Origin: Setoptus koraiensis
Taxonomy: Eukaryota; Animalia; Arthropoda
Length of the DNA stretch: 64,000 nucleotides
NCBI GenBank assembly: GCA_048013815.1
Contig: CM106586.1
Span: 19,468,001 to 19,532,000 of the forward strand
Direction: 5' to 3'
A program made the position numbers and the translations under genes. The first letter of the stretch is position 1, and each line of letters opens with the position of its first letter. Of this stretch, positions 1 to 11,355 are shown one piece after another. The notes below the pieces were generated by a model. It saw only the letters and a program-made list of their open reading frames with translations, was not told where the DNA came from and did not search any database.

Positions 1-1348
1 TTTTACCAAGCCAGCACAACACTTGACGAAATTGGTTACATAATTCACCGATCGGTGGCGTTCACTATTGCACTCTTCTCAACAACACACGCGACAAGCG
101 ACACCTGCTTGACGTGCCACAAACTCAAAGTGTGTTTTCAGTGCGCGTTCACAAACTACCATCTAGCTATGGCTCCATTTCAGTCAAACTGCTACAACTC
201 ATGAACAGTTTATGCTAAAAGTTGGTGGCAAGATCAAGAATTTGATAAGACGACAGAGAGTGAGCAAGACAAGGGAAATTACTCTCGCACACAGACACAA
301 ACGCACAAATTCAACGTATAAAACTTTTGTTTGCATCAAACTTTCCCTTTCACCAACGTCGACAACTATTGATTGCACTCACTTGTTTGCAGCTTTGATC
401 AGCCTTGATCAATCAACTTGACAGTGTTAGCCCGATGATTGTTTGAAAGAAAGATTTTATATCTATAATTAAATTCGCCATTATGATTAGATAACAAATC
501 ATTGCGCCCTTTCCCGACAGTGTCTGATTTGAAGGGATACTAACTCAGGATTCGAGCAATCGTCCCAAAGAACTCAGCACCCATGACGATTGCCCGGGTG
601 AGAACGTCCCGACGCCATCGGGCGCATGGTAAACACCCACATATCATCGGCGCACTGTTGACGTAACAGAAAAAAACCAAAAGTGTCAGTGTCTGCGAAA
701 TGTGCCTTATCGAGATGGGTCAGTGTCGCTACTTGAACACTTGTCTAGTGGTGCACTTAAGCTTAAGTTGATGACTGGAAACAAATAAATTACATAACTA
801 CTTTATACATTTGTAATTATTCTTGCTAACAGCTTTGACTGTACACCATCAATCAAATCGTTTGCATAGGTGCATCATTCATGGATTTTGAGTGACTATT
901 TGCAGCATCGACGGGAGTTCATGAAACTCAAAAGTTGTTCCAGTGGAAACAACGGTTTGAACTTGTTAATAGCGCGCATCTCCATGAGATGGCGCACAGG
1001 CCATGTCAAAACGTTGTCACACAGTGAACCTCGCCTCTCGCTTCTTTTCTTTGCCCAACAGCCAACAGCTGATGCTGGTCAGTGAGTGCGATTTTATAAA
1101 AATATGCACAAACAAACATTCACCTACACCTGTAATTGAGTCATTTTGTATCATTTGCATACACAGTTCACTACAATTACAATTAACTTTTGCTATTTAT
1201 TATTATTAAAATATAATTGTCTACTGGCCGGGCTAGGTATCAGCAGGACACTGGGCGAAGGAGCGAGGAATATGAGTATAAACAGGCAATAAACAACAGG
1301 ACCATCGCACTGAATTGTACTTAAATCTGTTGCTGTTGCCGGTATAAG

Positions 1349-3031
1349 ATGGATGTAAATTGCGTGGTCATAGATGCCGACTCAATCAGTACTTTCACCT
1401 CGCAAACAAACAAGTGCCTGAATCAATTGTCCATAAAAGACGACAATGACACCAATGATGCAACAACCAATCTGGCAAACGGCGCATATTTTGCGACAGA
1501 AATCGACGATATACAGGAGACAGAAGTGATAAAGTTTTGGGAATCTATTATCAAGCAGCAGAGCTTGAATAATAAAATGAAGAACAACAACTCAAACGCT
1601 AACAACATCACTATTGGCAATAGATACTGTGACAGTCCTGTGGCGTACACGGACAAAAAGGACATGTTTCAATTCGTCACCATATACAGAGATCTTATTC
1701 ATTCTGGTCAGCTCACAAACAAAATCATTAACATGGAATTCTCCTACTGGTCGGCTGTTGCCGACATGCTCCAAACGAGAGATTTAGCTTTAATGGATCT
1801 GGAAAGGAAAAGCACCGTGGAAATAGAATCCGCCATCAAACAATTGGGCAAGGCGCACACAGAGGACAGCATTAGTTCGTTGTCGTCGATATTAGGCCAA
1901 GACATGGCCCAAATGACCGCCAACTGGAACAGATCCATCGATGCCTTGAAGGACTCACAGCGCGACGAATTTCGCGAAAAACTCAAAGAGATTTGGGTAG
2001 AACTGAACAATCCGTTCGCTGATCCGTACGATAATCAAGCGGGCGCTTCTTCGTCGTCGTCGTCGTCGTCGTCGTTGCCGGCTAAATCCATGTACTCGTC
2101 GCCTATACTGATGGCAGACGACCACTCAGCAAAGACAACAGATCGCCCCCTCGAGGAAAGTTTCACTATAAATCTTGGTGCACAATTGAAGATGACCCAC
2201 AATCTCAGATTGATAGCTGTGGATTCATTGCACTTTTGCAATGTCAACTGTTGCCTTGTCCAACCTAATAATCCAAGCAGCTTCGCTAACAGCGATATTA
2301 AAAGTAAACTATCACTATCGAGATCGAACAAAGCATCGGAATCGGCCACAACGCGGACATTTTCGTTTTCATCCTCATTGGCACACCAAAGAACACAAAC
2401 GGCCATGTCGCTCTATTCAAATAATCTGTCCGCTATCGTTTTGTTTGTCGATGGCAATTTTAAGTCACATTATGGCATACAAAACGATTTCTATCAATTG
2501 TGCAACAAGTTAACGGAATTCCATTTTGACAGTTTAGATAATCAATTAAATTATATTAGAGACAGGATATTACCAAGATACACCAACAGGACTCATTTGG
2601 AAACTGGCGATTGTTACATAAGTCGTCATTCAAATTTGGCCAACGCTCATGTTGTCTTTCATCTAGTCACAGACGACTCATTGAAAACAGCAGAGATCAA
2701 TTCGAGACATCCCATAATATCATCATTGAGAAACATACTTAAATTAGCTCGTATGTACGACATTAAAACAATTAGCATTCCGTTACTTCTTTTATACGAA
2801 ATGAACGAAGAAATACTGACAATAAATTGGTGTTTGAGGCGAGCAGAGTTAGTTTTGAAATGCGTCAAAGGATTCCTCATAGAGATGGCATTCCTATCAA
2901 CAGGAGTAGATCAGGGAACAATACAATTCATTGTTCCAAAAGGCATATCAGAGGAACTTTTCACTAGTCTGTCCTCACTAATTCCAGAAGTCTTTCGTTT
3001 ATCTAATCCATTGAATCTTAAATCATCCTAA
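1349..3031 (+). CDS. C12orf4: C12orf4 / FERRY3 (DUF2362) homologue, 560 aa, single exon
   Basis: Uninterrupted ATG-to-TAA ORF. Recognisable family motifs: YRDLIHS, LEESFTINLGAQLKMTHNLRL, TAMSLYSNNLSAIVLFVD, GDCYISRHSNLANAHVVFHLVTDD, RAELVLKCVKGFLIEM. AATAAA at 3039-3044, just after the stop. Family assigned from remembered motifs, not a search. Confidence 0.92.
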   Translation: MDVNCVVIDADSISTFTSQTNKCLNQLSIKDDNDTNDATTNLANGAYFATEIDDIQETEVIKFWESIIKQQSLNNKMKNNNSNANNITIGNRYCDSPVAYTDKKDMFQFVTIYRDLIHSGQLTNKIINMEFSYWSAVADMLQTRDLALMDLERKSTVEIESAIKQLGKAHTEDSISSLSSILGQDMAQMTANWNRSIDALKDSQRDEFREKLKEIWVELNNPFADPYDNQAGASSSSSSSSSLPAKSMYSSPILMADDHSAKTTDRPLEESFTINLGAQLKMTHNLRLIAVDSLHFCNVNCCLVQPNNPSSFANSDIKSKLSLSRSNKASESATTRTFSFSSSLAHQRTQTAMSLYSNNLSAIVLFVDGNFKSHYGIQNDFYQLCNKLTEFHFDSLDNQLNYIRDRILPRYTNRTHLETGDCYISRHSNLANAHVVFHLVTDDSLKTAEINSRHPIISSLRNILKLARMYDIKTISIPLLLLYEMNEEILTINWCLRRAELVLKCVKGFLIEMAFLSTGVDQGTIQFIVPKGISEELFTSLSSLIPEVFRLSNPLNLKSS

Positions 3032-3392
3032 ACTAAAAAATAAATACTATTTAAGCTAGAGCGCCACCACAAACCCAATATTGTTAACATAATAAATGCC
3101 GTTAGCTCTGGCGAGCCTTCAGCGAAAACACAACACCGACTGTACCAATAAATCACAAAATGCAACACTAATTAAAACTTTCTGTTTTGTGCAGCCAAAA
3201 ATTCAGCCTCCTCATCATACTGCCCCTTGTATTCGCTTTCAAATTGTTTTATTTTGCAACATGCTTCCCTTTGCTCCAATCTTGCTATTTCTGGCTAGAT
3301 ATATATCCTCGTTTCACCGCGGATTTCTTTCAACAAATACTGGAATGCGAAACAACGCCTCTCTTATAGTGTCACTACATAGTTGAAGCTTC

Positions 3393-3400
3393 TATAAATA
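3393..3400 (+). promoter_or_regulatory. Candidate TATA box (TATAAATA) of secreted paralogue 1
   Basis: TCTATAAATA lies ~147 bp upstream of the ATG at 3540. The same 10-mer occurs upstream of paralogue 2 (4796-4805). Confidence 0.4.
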
Positions 3401-3539
3401 TCTGCTTCTGTTTGTTGTATCGAGATCATATAATGTCATAATCGGAAGAATATCTAGCTTATCTCTGTCATGGTGATAATAAAATCAAATCTTATCGTAA
3501 TTCTAGATATTATTGTAACAGGAAATTCAAAGTTTTAAC

Positions 3540-4049
3540 ATGCACATGACATTGGTTTTCGCGATATTTACCACATCAATTCTTGCCGTGCGATGCAGGG
3601 ACCTATCGGGATGCGACCCAATATCCGAGAATATAGCCGACCAAGCGGCGGATTTATGGCCTGGACGTGATCGGATCGCAGTCGGATTTATCAAAGAAAA
3701 TTGTCCGACAGTAGAATTTTTAACTCATTTGTATTACATGAAGCTCTTATTGGAGCGACCAGAAGGAGAAAGCGATTTTGATGACAATTTCGAAACCAAT
3801 TCGGAGCAAAACAAAGAGTATGCTAGATGGTTTTCAGAGGCCGAAGGAAAGATTGATGGATATTGGTCGGGGCTTGCGAATATAGCTGATTCTCAACCAA
3901 CAGTTGAGGCAATTGAATATCCCAGTACAAGTAGCATTGCTGATATACTGAAAGAAGTTGACGAGGATGATTTAAACAGGATATCTTTGCGGGCAATAAA
4001 TTATTTCTCTTTCTACCATTGGAGTGAAGCGCTATTAAAGAAGATATAA
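3540..4049 (+). CDS. Unknown small secreted protein, paralogue 1 (169 aa, acidic)
   Basis: Intact ORF with a hydrophobic N-terminus ending AVRC (signal-peptide-like). Aligns end to end with the ORF at 5221-5754. AATAAA at 4054-4059. Confidence 0.88.
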   Translation: MHMTLVFAIFTTSILAVRCRDLSGCDPISENIADQAADLWPGRDRIAVGFIKENCPTVEFLTHLYYMKLLLERPEGESDFDDNFETNSEQNKEYARWFSEAEGKIDGYWSGLANIADSQPTVEAIEYPSTSSIADILKEVDEDDLNRISLRAINYFSFYHWSEALLKKI

Positions 4050-4215
4050 AGTGAATAAAGTCGCACAAGACGAACAAAAGAGCCTCAATGAGACTTCACG
4101 ATGAGAGAACTGTAACATTGTTAGCCAAGGTTGATCAAATCAATTTGAAGAAAAGAGAAACAATAATTAGGAGAATCATTCGTTGGCTCCAAGCTTATCC
4201 CAGAATGTCTTCAGA

Positions 4216-4417
4216 TAGAGTGGAGGGTTTTTTGATTTGAATCAATGGTTTTAAATATGGTCACAATTGAAAATGTGATTTAAATTACGGTTTTAATGGT
4301 TTTTGCTGGTTTGATTAAAATCAAATTGCTTTCAATTGGTATTAGTTCGACTTGATTTAAATCAAATCAATAATAACCATGATAGACATGATTTAAATAG
4401 AAAAAACCTCTACTATA
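4216..4417. mobile_element. MITE-like non-autonomous DNA transposon remnant (~200 bp) with imperfect terminal inverted repeats
   Basis: Left end AGTGGAGGGTTTTTTGATTTGAATCA (from 4219). The reverse complement of the right end is AGTAGAGGTTTTTTCTATTTAAATCA (to 4414). AT-rich interior with repeated GATTTAAAT. The segment 4208-4417 is absent at the homologous position behind paralogue 2. Confidence 0.6.
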
Positions 4418-4797
4418 CATGCAAACAATTTTCGAGATCGCAATGAGATGGAAAATTTGCAACAAAAATATTTTCAAAAAGTACTGCTTTCAGTATTTTT
4501 GTGGGCAACGAGCAAGCGAGTATAGGCTGCCGCCACTTGCCTGGATATTTTATTCGTAACTAGATTCCTTCGGAGGGCTAACTGCTTCCACTATGAAGCT
4601 AGATTCTACGCAGTTCTGCGACGGCATAAATTTTACAAGGTATAGGGGTTCAACTAGCCTAGCTCGACCGATCAGAAAGAGACGAAATTCTGTTTCGAGC
4701 TAGATAGATCCACAATACCCTCGAGAGCATCGAAGTAGACGCTCCAACAGTCTCACAATCCTCGCAATCACGCGGATTGACCATGATGTTCAAGGTC

Positions 4798-4805
4798 TAT
4801 AAATA
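4798..4805 (+). promoter_or_regulatory. Candidate TATA box (TATAAATA) of secreted paralogue 2
   Basis: TCTATAAATA matches the element upstream of paralogue 1. It is ~420 bp from the ATG, which would need a 5'-UTR intron; an acceptor-like TTTCATATTTCAG/TGTAACAG lies at 5186-5205. Confidence 0.3.
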
Positions 4806-5220
4806 CTATTTGAATTTTAAATCGTGGAAATTTCTATTCACTTACAAGTCAGACAACTTGTTTATGAAACGTTTTGAAAGTGAAACATTCCACATGTCAG
4901 TGATAGGATAGAGTTCGCATATGGTGCCATTTCGTGACATGATATGTTCGTACTATAGTTTGGCGTAAACATGCAGCGAGCGAAAAATGTCAACTATGGC
5001 CAAATTTGCAACTTTGGGTTTTGCAATAGCAAAAGGCTAAAATTGGAAAAATTGTATCAGAATCTGTGTTCAAGTAGAAATAAACTCCATTTCGAAGGAC
5101 GCAACAGATAGATTTCTCGGCTATTCCATAATTTTAAATCTCACAAGCACATTCATTCTTGAAATATCCAATTTTTCTTCTTAATTTCATATTTCAGTGT
5201 AACAGTTGAAAAGTCTCACC

Positions 5221-5754
5221 ATGAACACGATATTGATTATCGCCATATTTACTGCATCGATTGTTGCCGTGCAGTGCAAGGATTTGTCGCAATGTGAACC
5301 AATATCCGAGAACATAGCCCGTCAAGCGAAGGATTTTTGGCCCAATCTCGAACAGGCCATAGCTGAATTCATCAGTGAAAATTGTCCGACAGACGAGTTC
5401 CTGACTCATCTGTACTACGTAAAGTTCTCACTTGAAATGCCAGGAGGTGTAGGTGGCTCTAGTAAAAAGTTCCGCATCAATTCGGAGAAAAAGCAAGAAC
5501 GCGTTGAATGGTTGGCGGAGGCCGAACGTCAGACGAACGATTATTGGTCTGAGCTAGCGGATATAATTAGTTCTAAAAAGGCAACAGGTAAAAAGATTGA
5601 ATATCCCAGCTCGAGGTCCATTGATGATTTGCTGAAACAAGTCGACGACGATGTTATATACAAGGAGAAGCGGGCTATGAATTATTTCTCATTCTACTAC
5701 TGGGACATCAGCAACGAGGCCGAGGGCCTCCAGAAAATGAAGACTGTAATGTAG
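5221..5754 (+). CDS. Unknown small secreted protein, paralogue 2 (177 aa)
   Basis: The track starts at TTG 5206, but the ATG at 5221 aligns with the paralogue-1 start in protein and upstream DNA (TGTAACAG...AAAGT.T.A.CATG). Signal-peptide-like MNTILIIAIFTASIVAVQC. Shared blocks PISENIA, ENCPT.EFLTHLYY, YWS.LA.I, IEYPS, NYFSFY.W. Confidence 0.88.
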   Translation: MNTILIIAIFTASIVAVQCKDLSQCEPISENIARQAKDFWPNLEQAIAEFISENCPTDEFLTHLYYVKFSLEMPGGVGGSSKKFRINSEKKQERVEWLAEAERQTNDYWSELADIISSKKATGKKIEYPSSRSIDDLLKQVDDDVIYKEKRAMNYFSFYYWDISNEAEGLQKMKTVM

Positions 5755-6527
5755 ACGAGTGAGGGAGCCTCAATTAGTCTTATGCTTTGTGAACTGCAAC
5801 ATTGTTAGCTAAAGTTTATTAAATTAAATTGAATACAAGCCCAGGCTTTTATTATAAAGGCAATTTAAGCCCGATCGGGTTTACACCCGAAACGGGCCTA
5901 AAAGGGCTTCAATCAAATAATAGAAGCCGTCACACTAGTTGGCCTCAAGATCACGCCAGAATGCATGCAAACTCTTCTCGGGATCGCTATGAGATTGAAA
6001 ATTTTGTAACAAACACATTTTCCAAGTACTGCTTTCAGCGTTTTTGGTGGCTAAAATTAGAATGTACGCCTGAGCAGAACGTGTATAAAAACATCCAGAT
6101 GTGTGAATCAATTTAACTCTGCCACCTCACAATTTGTCTGTCAGCCACACAATTTGCTCTATCACAACCGAAAAATTTGATTTTGATCTGGGGGCGATTG
6201 TGTTCAGCCCACTGATTCGCTGAGCTTCATTGATCAATGTCTCGGCAAGACAATTTGCATAAATGAAATTGCGTCATTTTTTCGGCACTGCGGATCGCAT
6301 CATCGAATGCGATCTTGTGATTTATTTATACTCATTTTCATACTGTTGATTGAGATGATATCTGGGCTAATGCGAGCATTAACCACTTAATCTGGAGGCT
6401 TCCGCACCTTTGCTGTGATTGTTTGCGGTGAATATTTGCGGTGAATATTTGCGGCAATACAGTGTGGCATTATGAATGCCGGTAGCGGAAAAGACAGCAA
6501 AAACAGAACGAGAGCCAAAGACAAAGA

Positions 6528-6564
6528 CAAATTTGCCCATCAAATTAGTTGATGGGCAAATTTG
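6528..6564. repeat. Perfect 16-bp inverted repeat with 5-nt loop
   Basis: CAAATTTGCCCATCAA-ATTAG-TTGATGGGCAAATTTG read directly. Confidence 0.9.
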
Positions 6565-7713
6565 ATTGAAATTCGCCAGAACCCACAAACACAGCGGACA
6601 GCGGTTTGCTGGAAACATGAAATACGAGCTTGTAACTAGAGACAATGCGATGGGCCACCATCAAAAGGCTATTTCACGACGATACAATGTTACGTTGTAG
6701 CCATCAATCGAGAATGTAAAATTGTTGTTGTTGTTGTTGTTGTGTTCAAGTGCAAATCCATCTAAATGTCAGCCAGCGAGAGTGATGAATTGCGAGCCCG
6801 TCAACTGATACGCTGACCCATAGATTCATCATCTCCATTCGCTTTGTGAGAATTGGCGTTCGTTCGTGCTGAAAACAACACAAGACAAAAAGTCAATTAA
6901 TTTCACCGTAAGATATGCTTACGCTGTGTCAGAGGGATTTCTCATTACATGCACCGGTATTATGTAACGCTGGGTTGTATCTATTGGCCATCTATCAAGT
7001 TGATAATATCAAGTTGATAGTATCAAGTGAGGGGCATTTTTGCGTCTTCATTGTTGCCAACACGATCATCATACGTCATGCAAGTTGGCGAGTTGGCACA
7101 CAAGTGATGCATAGTATCTGTTGCGTGCATTGTTTGTTGCTGCACAGGTAATTGTAATCGTGATGAAAACAAATATGCAAATTAAACGGCACAACTACTC
7201 GTCATTGTCATCTTGTGCTCCATATTACTAGTATATTACTGTGTGCCGGATGTGGCCCGAAAACTATCTCATTCTCGGTCGGATCGCAACACATCGGACG
7301 AGTTGTTGTCGGCTTGTTGTGAGCAATATGGTGCAAGCACAGTTATGTAACCAAAAATGTTTGCAAATAGAGAGACGAAATAATAATAAAAGTAGACAAA
7401 AGTTGTTGCTCTATTTGATTAGTTTATCTGCTTGAGTTTGCCGGCCGGCCAGCCAGTTATTTGGCCGGCTATATTTAGATTGCGCAATCTCAATGAAACG
7501 GTCCACTTGCACGGCAACAAGGGCGACCATTGTTTCTGGCGTATGGTCGGCGTGCTCATATCATCGCGAGTCATTCATCGATCACCAGCGACAAACAACG
7601 ATTATCGGTCTCGTTAATCGGGCCGCTTCACATGATGCCATTGCCGAGTTGGCCGGCGGACGATCTGCGACGGTCGCGTCGCAACCGCTCGCGACTCACC
7701 AGTGTCCGCTTGA

Positions 7714-7755
7714 TTTGATTCCAACAATTTGATTCCAACAATTTGATTCCAACAA
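7714..7755. repeat. 14-bp tandem repeat x3 (TTTGATTCCAACAA)
   Basis: Read directly. Confidence 0.9.
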
Positions 7756-8467
7756 TTCGAATTCCAAGTTGAATTTGGCGCCCTCGAACGCGCTCGACGG
7801 CTCGCCGAATTCAAGCCCAAATTGCTAGCTAACCAGCTCACCTGTGGCTGTTGTGGCTGCTGGCGCTGTTGTGGCTGGTGTGGTGGTTGTGGCTCGTTTG
7901 CGCTGCGATTGCGGTCACCTTCGCGCGAAAAAGTTACAATATGTGCTGTGAATCACAAGTTGCGATATAGACGCAATTTGTGTGCTGGTTTCAATTACCG
8001 TCCGACGGCAAGGCAAACAGAGCCAGCGATATTGTGCTGCCCGCATAATGTCTCTGGCTGGATTTATTTGTATTTATTGGGCGATTCTGCAATTGTGTTG
8101 CGTTGCGTTGTTTCTCTTGCAGTGTCGGCGATCGCCCAGAGCGCTGGTCTTCCTTGTGTCAGTTAGTTTACTTTTACAGTTATTGCTGGTCGTCTGTTGT
8201 GTGTCCCGTTATTTGTTTGTTATTTATCGTTGGGGCCGTTCACGTCCTGTCTGGCGAGTGTGCCACGAACAGCGACCAAACAACCGGCCTAACGCAACGA
8301 GACAATGGCTTCGATTTGATTCGAGGTCCCTTCTTCAAGGTGACGGCTGCAAACGTACAAAAATGGATAAAATAAAATAAAATATAAAATAATCTAAAAA
8401 TCAATGCGTAATGGGCGATCAATGACGGCAAGCAAACAAGCAAACAATATCCAGCTACCAAACAACC

Positions 8468-8547
8468 CGTAGTGTGACTATATCGTAGTGTGACTATATC
8501 GTAGTGTGACTATATCGTAGTGTGACTATATCGTAGTGTGACTATAT
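8468..8547. repeat. 16-bp minisatellite x5 (CGTAGTGTGACTATAT)
   Basis: Five perfect copies read directly. Confidence 0.95.
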
Positions 8548-11305
8548 AAAGCCTTATCGACCATTATCCGAGCCAATAACACAGCCAGGCGAGCTGTATA
8601 GTGTACATAATACAGGCGACGACAGAGAGAGATGAAGGTTTTCATGGTCGAATTGGTGATAATTGATTTTCAATTTGTTTTCATCGTTGGCCAATAAACG
8701 CCAACAATGAGCCCAATGGCACGGATCGGATCTGGCAAATTTAAAAATTGTAAAAATATCAGTGTGCAGTTGTGCAACTCACAACAGCCGCTTCCAAACC
8801 AGGTAGTAGCCGTGCCATTAGCCAGCCAGCCAGCCAGCCAGCCAGCCAGTTTGTGAGTGCGTTGCCGGCCAGTGGCGAGACGCAAACGAACAAACGATCG
8901 CCTGATATCGGGCAATCTCCATGGGCCAATTATCGGCCGATCGAGATGTTTTCCATTCTATTTTCCGTTACACTTTCCACTATATCTGTTCTCTCATATT
9001 TTCCATTACATCTATTATAGCCGACTTAATATATCCGATATAATGATCCGATATAACATATCCGATGTATAATACAGCCCGAGAGAGAGGGCGCCAAATT
9101 GAGCGCCTGGATGTAATCAAAATTGAGCGCCTGGATAATGAAAATTGAGCAAAATGCAAACTGAGCACAACATCCACTGACGACAACAGCATCAGACGAT
9201 GCTACAATAATGGCGCAATTATCGCCTAATTGACTACTACTGGTCGATCACAGCGCCAGTTGGCCAGTTAAAACAATGTCGTCCCAAAGGCTAATTTGCA
9301 ATCTCATTATTATATTTATTTATAACTGCATTTATACGGCCGCCATTTGTGTGTTTTGGCTGGCATACCTATTACACCTGTAATGGAAATGCACTGAGAC
9401 CATTCTGTCGTGTTTGCAAGCCGCTTGTTATCTGGCCAGCAATCTTATTAGCGGCAGTGGGCACTAATGGTCGTTGTGCACGATTACGCAACAGCCTACA
9501 TGCTTTGTTGCGTCTCTTCGCGTCTCTTCTCGCCTCGTCTCGGCCCGTCCGTTTGTGCAGTTACGCAACCCTTTGGCTTCATTGGCGCTCACGTCGCCGG
9601 TCGTCGCATCTATTTGCATCGGTGGCCGGACAGGTGAGATTCTTTTATTAGAAACGATTATCACAACAGAGCGAGCGAGCGAGCAAATAAACAAACAAAC
9701 AAACGAACAAACAAACAAACGAACGCTGACCAGTCAAGTAGATGAACTGGCCAGCGGTGATTAGAGACACTCTCTAATAGAGAGTGATCATTAGCTAATA
9801 ATAATAACGATGCTGCCGCGCTAACTAAAAGCTGCAAACACCGCACAACAATAACACCGTGTGTTACATAACCCGAGATTAGGCCATTGTTAGTTAGCTA
9901 ATGATACGCTCTCATCCATACTCATATCACACTGATATCAATTATGGCGCCTGATTGCGCATTGTCGCCCCACGGCTCAGTCACACCAATGTGGGCCCAC
10001 AAGGAAGCTGACTGGCTGAATGCCGTCTGGCAATTTGTGCAAATTATCCGCTAACGCGGATAATTTCATATATCCGCGCTTTGTGTTATAGGCGGCGCAC
10101 AATGCGCACCATTTGTGGCTAGCGAGCCGGCGAGCTTGTGTCGCCATCCCTAAGAGTGTGTGTGTGCTGGAATTTCTAACAGTTTGTGTGTGCCAAGGAA
10201 GAGATTAAAATAAGCCGCCAAGTTGCCGGTGAGCTTGGGTGCCCGGCCCGGTCGCCGGGCTTGGCCGCCGGGCTGCGTTTGCGGCGGGCGAATCACGAGT
10301 GACACGACAACTCTGGCGCTGTCGCCCGGTGCGGCGATGCCCGGCCGGGCCAAACGCCGAGCGCGATAGGCGAAAAGAGTTGCGCCGAGCCGCCGCATGA
10401 GACGGCTGCGCCGCCTGTCCGCTGTCCACAGCGGCACTCCAGAGTCCGCAGCCAGAGTCCGCGGCCAGAGTCCGCAGCCGGAGTCCGCAGCCCGCACTCG
10501 GCACTCGGCACTCGGCAGCCCGGAGTCCGGAGCGGCTCAACAGGTGAAACGGGAGATGTGTGCATCTGGCAGCAGTGTGTGTGTCGGCGACAAGAGCGGC
10601 GCATAATAATGACCATTATCATCAAAAACAATGGTATCGCACACAAACAAACAAACAAACAACCAATACAAGTGGACAACGAGAGCGGACAACGAGAGCG
10701 GTCAGACGAGCGGTCAGACGAGCGGACAACGAGAGCGGACAAGCAAACAAACGGACAGATCCGGCAAACACATTTGAGAACAAGCAGGCGTTGCATGGTG
10801 GCTACTACAGTGGGCAACTCGGATAACAGATTGGGATAATTGTTGTTGTTATTTTGTTGTGAGAGGGCTCCGTCTGGCGCTAAGCTGAGTGTGCCAGCGA
10901 TCGCCGGTTATTATCGCAATGGAGGATTCATCGAGAATTCAATTCAATAATATAATAATATCCATATATCATAATGCAATAATAATATCCACACAATAAC
11001 ACAATAATAATAACACACTCGGCTGCAGCCAACTGACCATACTGCACCACGCTGCACCGCGCTGCACCATGCGCCGCACTTTACAATTATAATGAGCCAT
11101 ATCTTGATTTAATTATTACGTAACACTGGTGTGAGTTACAGGCAACAGGCTCAAGTCGACTTATGGCTGTGAGTGGCTCATGTGTTGCGCTGCCGCAATC
11201 TACAATCTCAACAAGTTGTGTGCGCGCCTTGCCAGATTAATTATTGCCATTGCTCGCCTCAACTCTTTACTTCCCATTTCAGCTCGCCTCGCCTAACCTC
11301 ACCTA

Positions 11306-11355
11306 GCTCACCTGTGCTCACCTGTGCTCACCTGTGCTCACCCGTGCTCACCTGT
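11306..11355. repeat. 10-bp tandem repeat x5 (GCTCACCTGT), an E-box array
   Basis: Four perfect copies and one variant (GCTCACCCGT). Confidence 0.9.

Noticed and set aside
1-204. Plus-strand frame open from the window edge for 67 codons (FYQASTT...SNCYNS*)
   Set aside because: No recognisable motif and a length attainable by chance. It could be the 3' end of an upstream gene, but I cannot support that from this window.
541-665. GC-richer, possibly structured patch considered as an snRNA/snoRNA/SRP gene
   Set aside because: No match to U1/U2/U4/U5/U6, 5S, SRP or tRNA box motifs that I can recognise.
5206-5220. TTG start given by the ORF track for paralogue 2
   Set aside because: Eukaryotic gene; the ATG at 5221 aligns with the paralogue-1 start and precedes the signal peptide.
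8468-8547. Regular repeats considered as a CRISPR-like array (also 44351 and 45898)
   Set aside because: Head-to-tail units with no unique spacers, no cas genes and a eukaryotic context.
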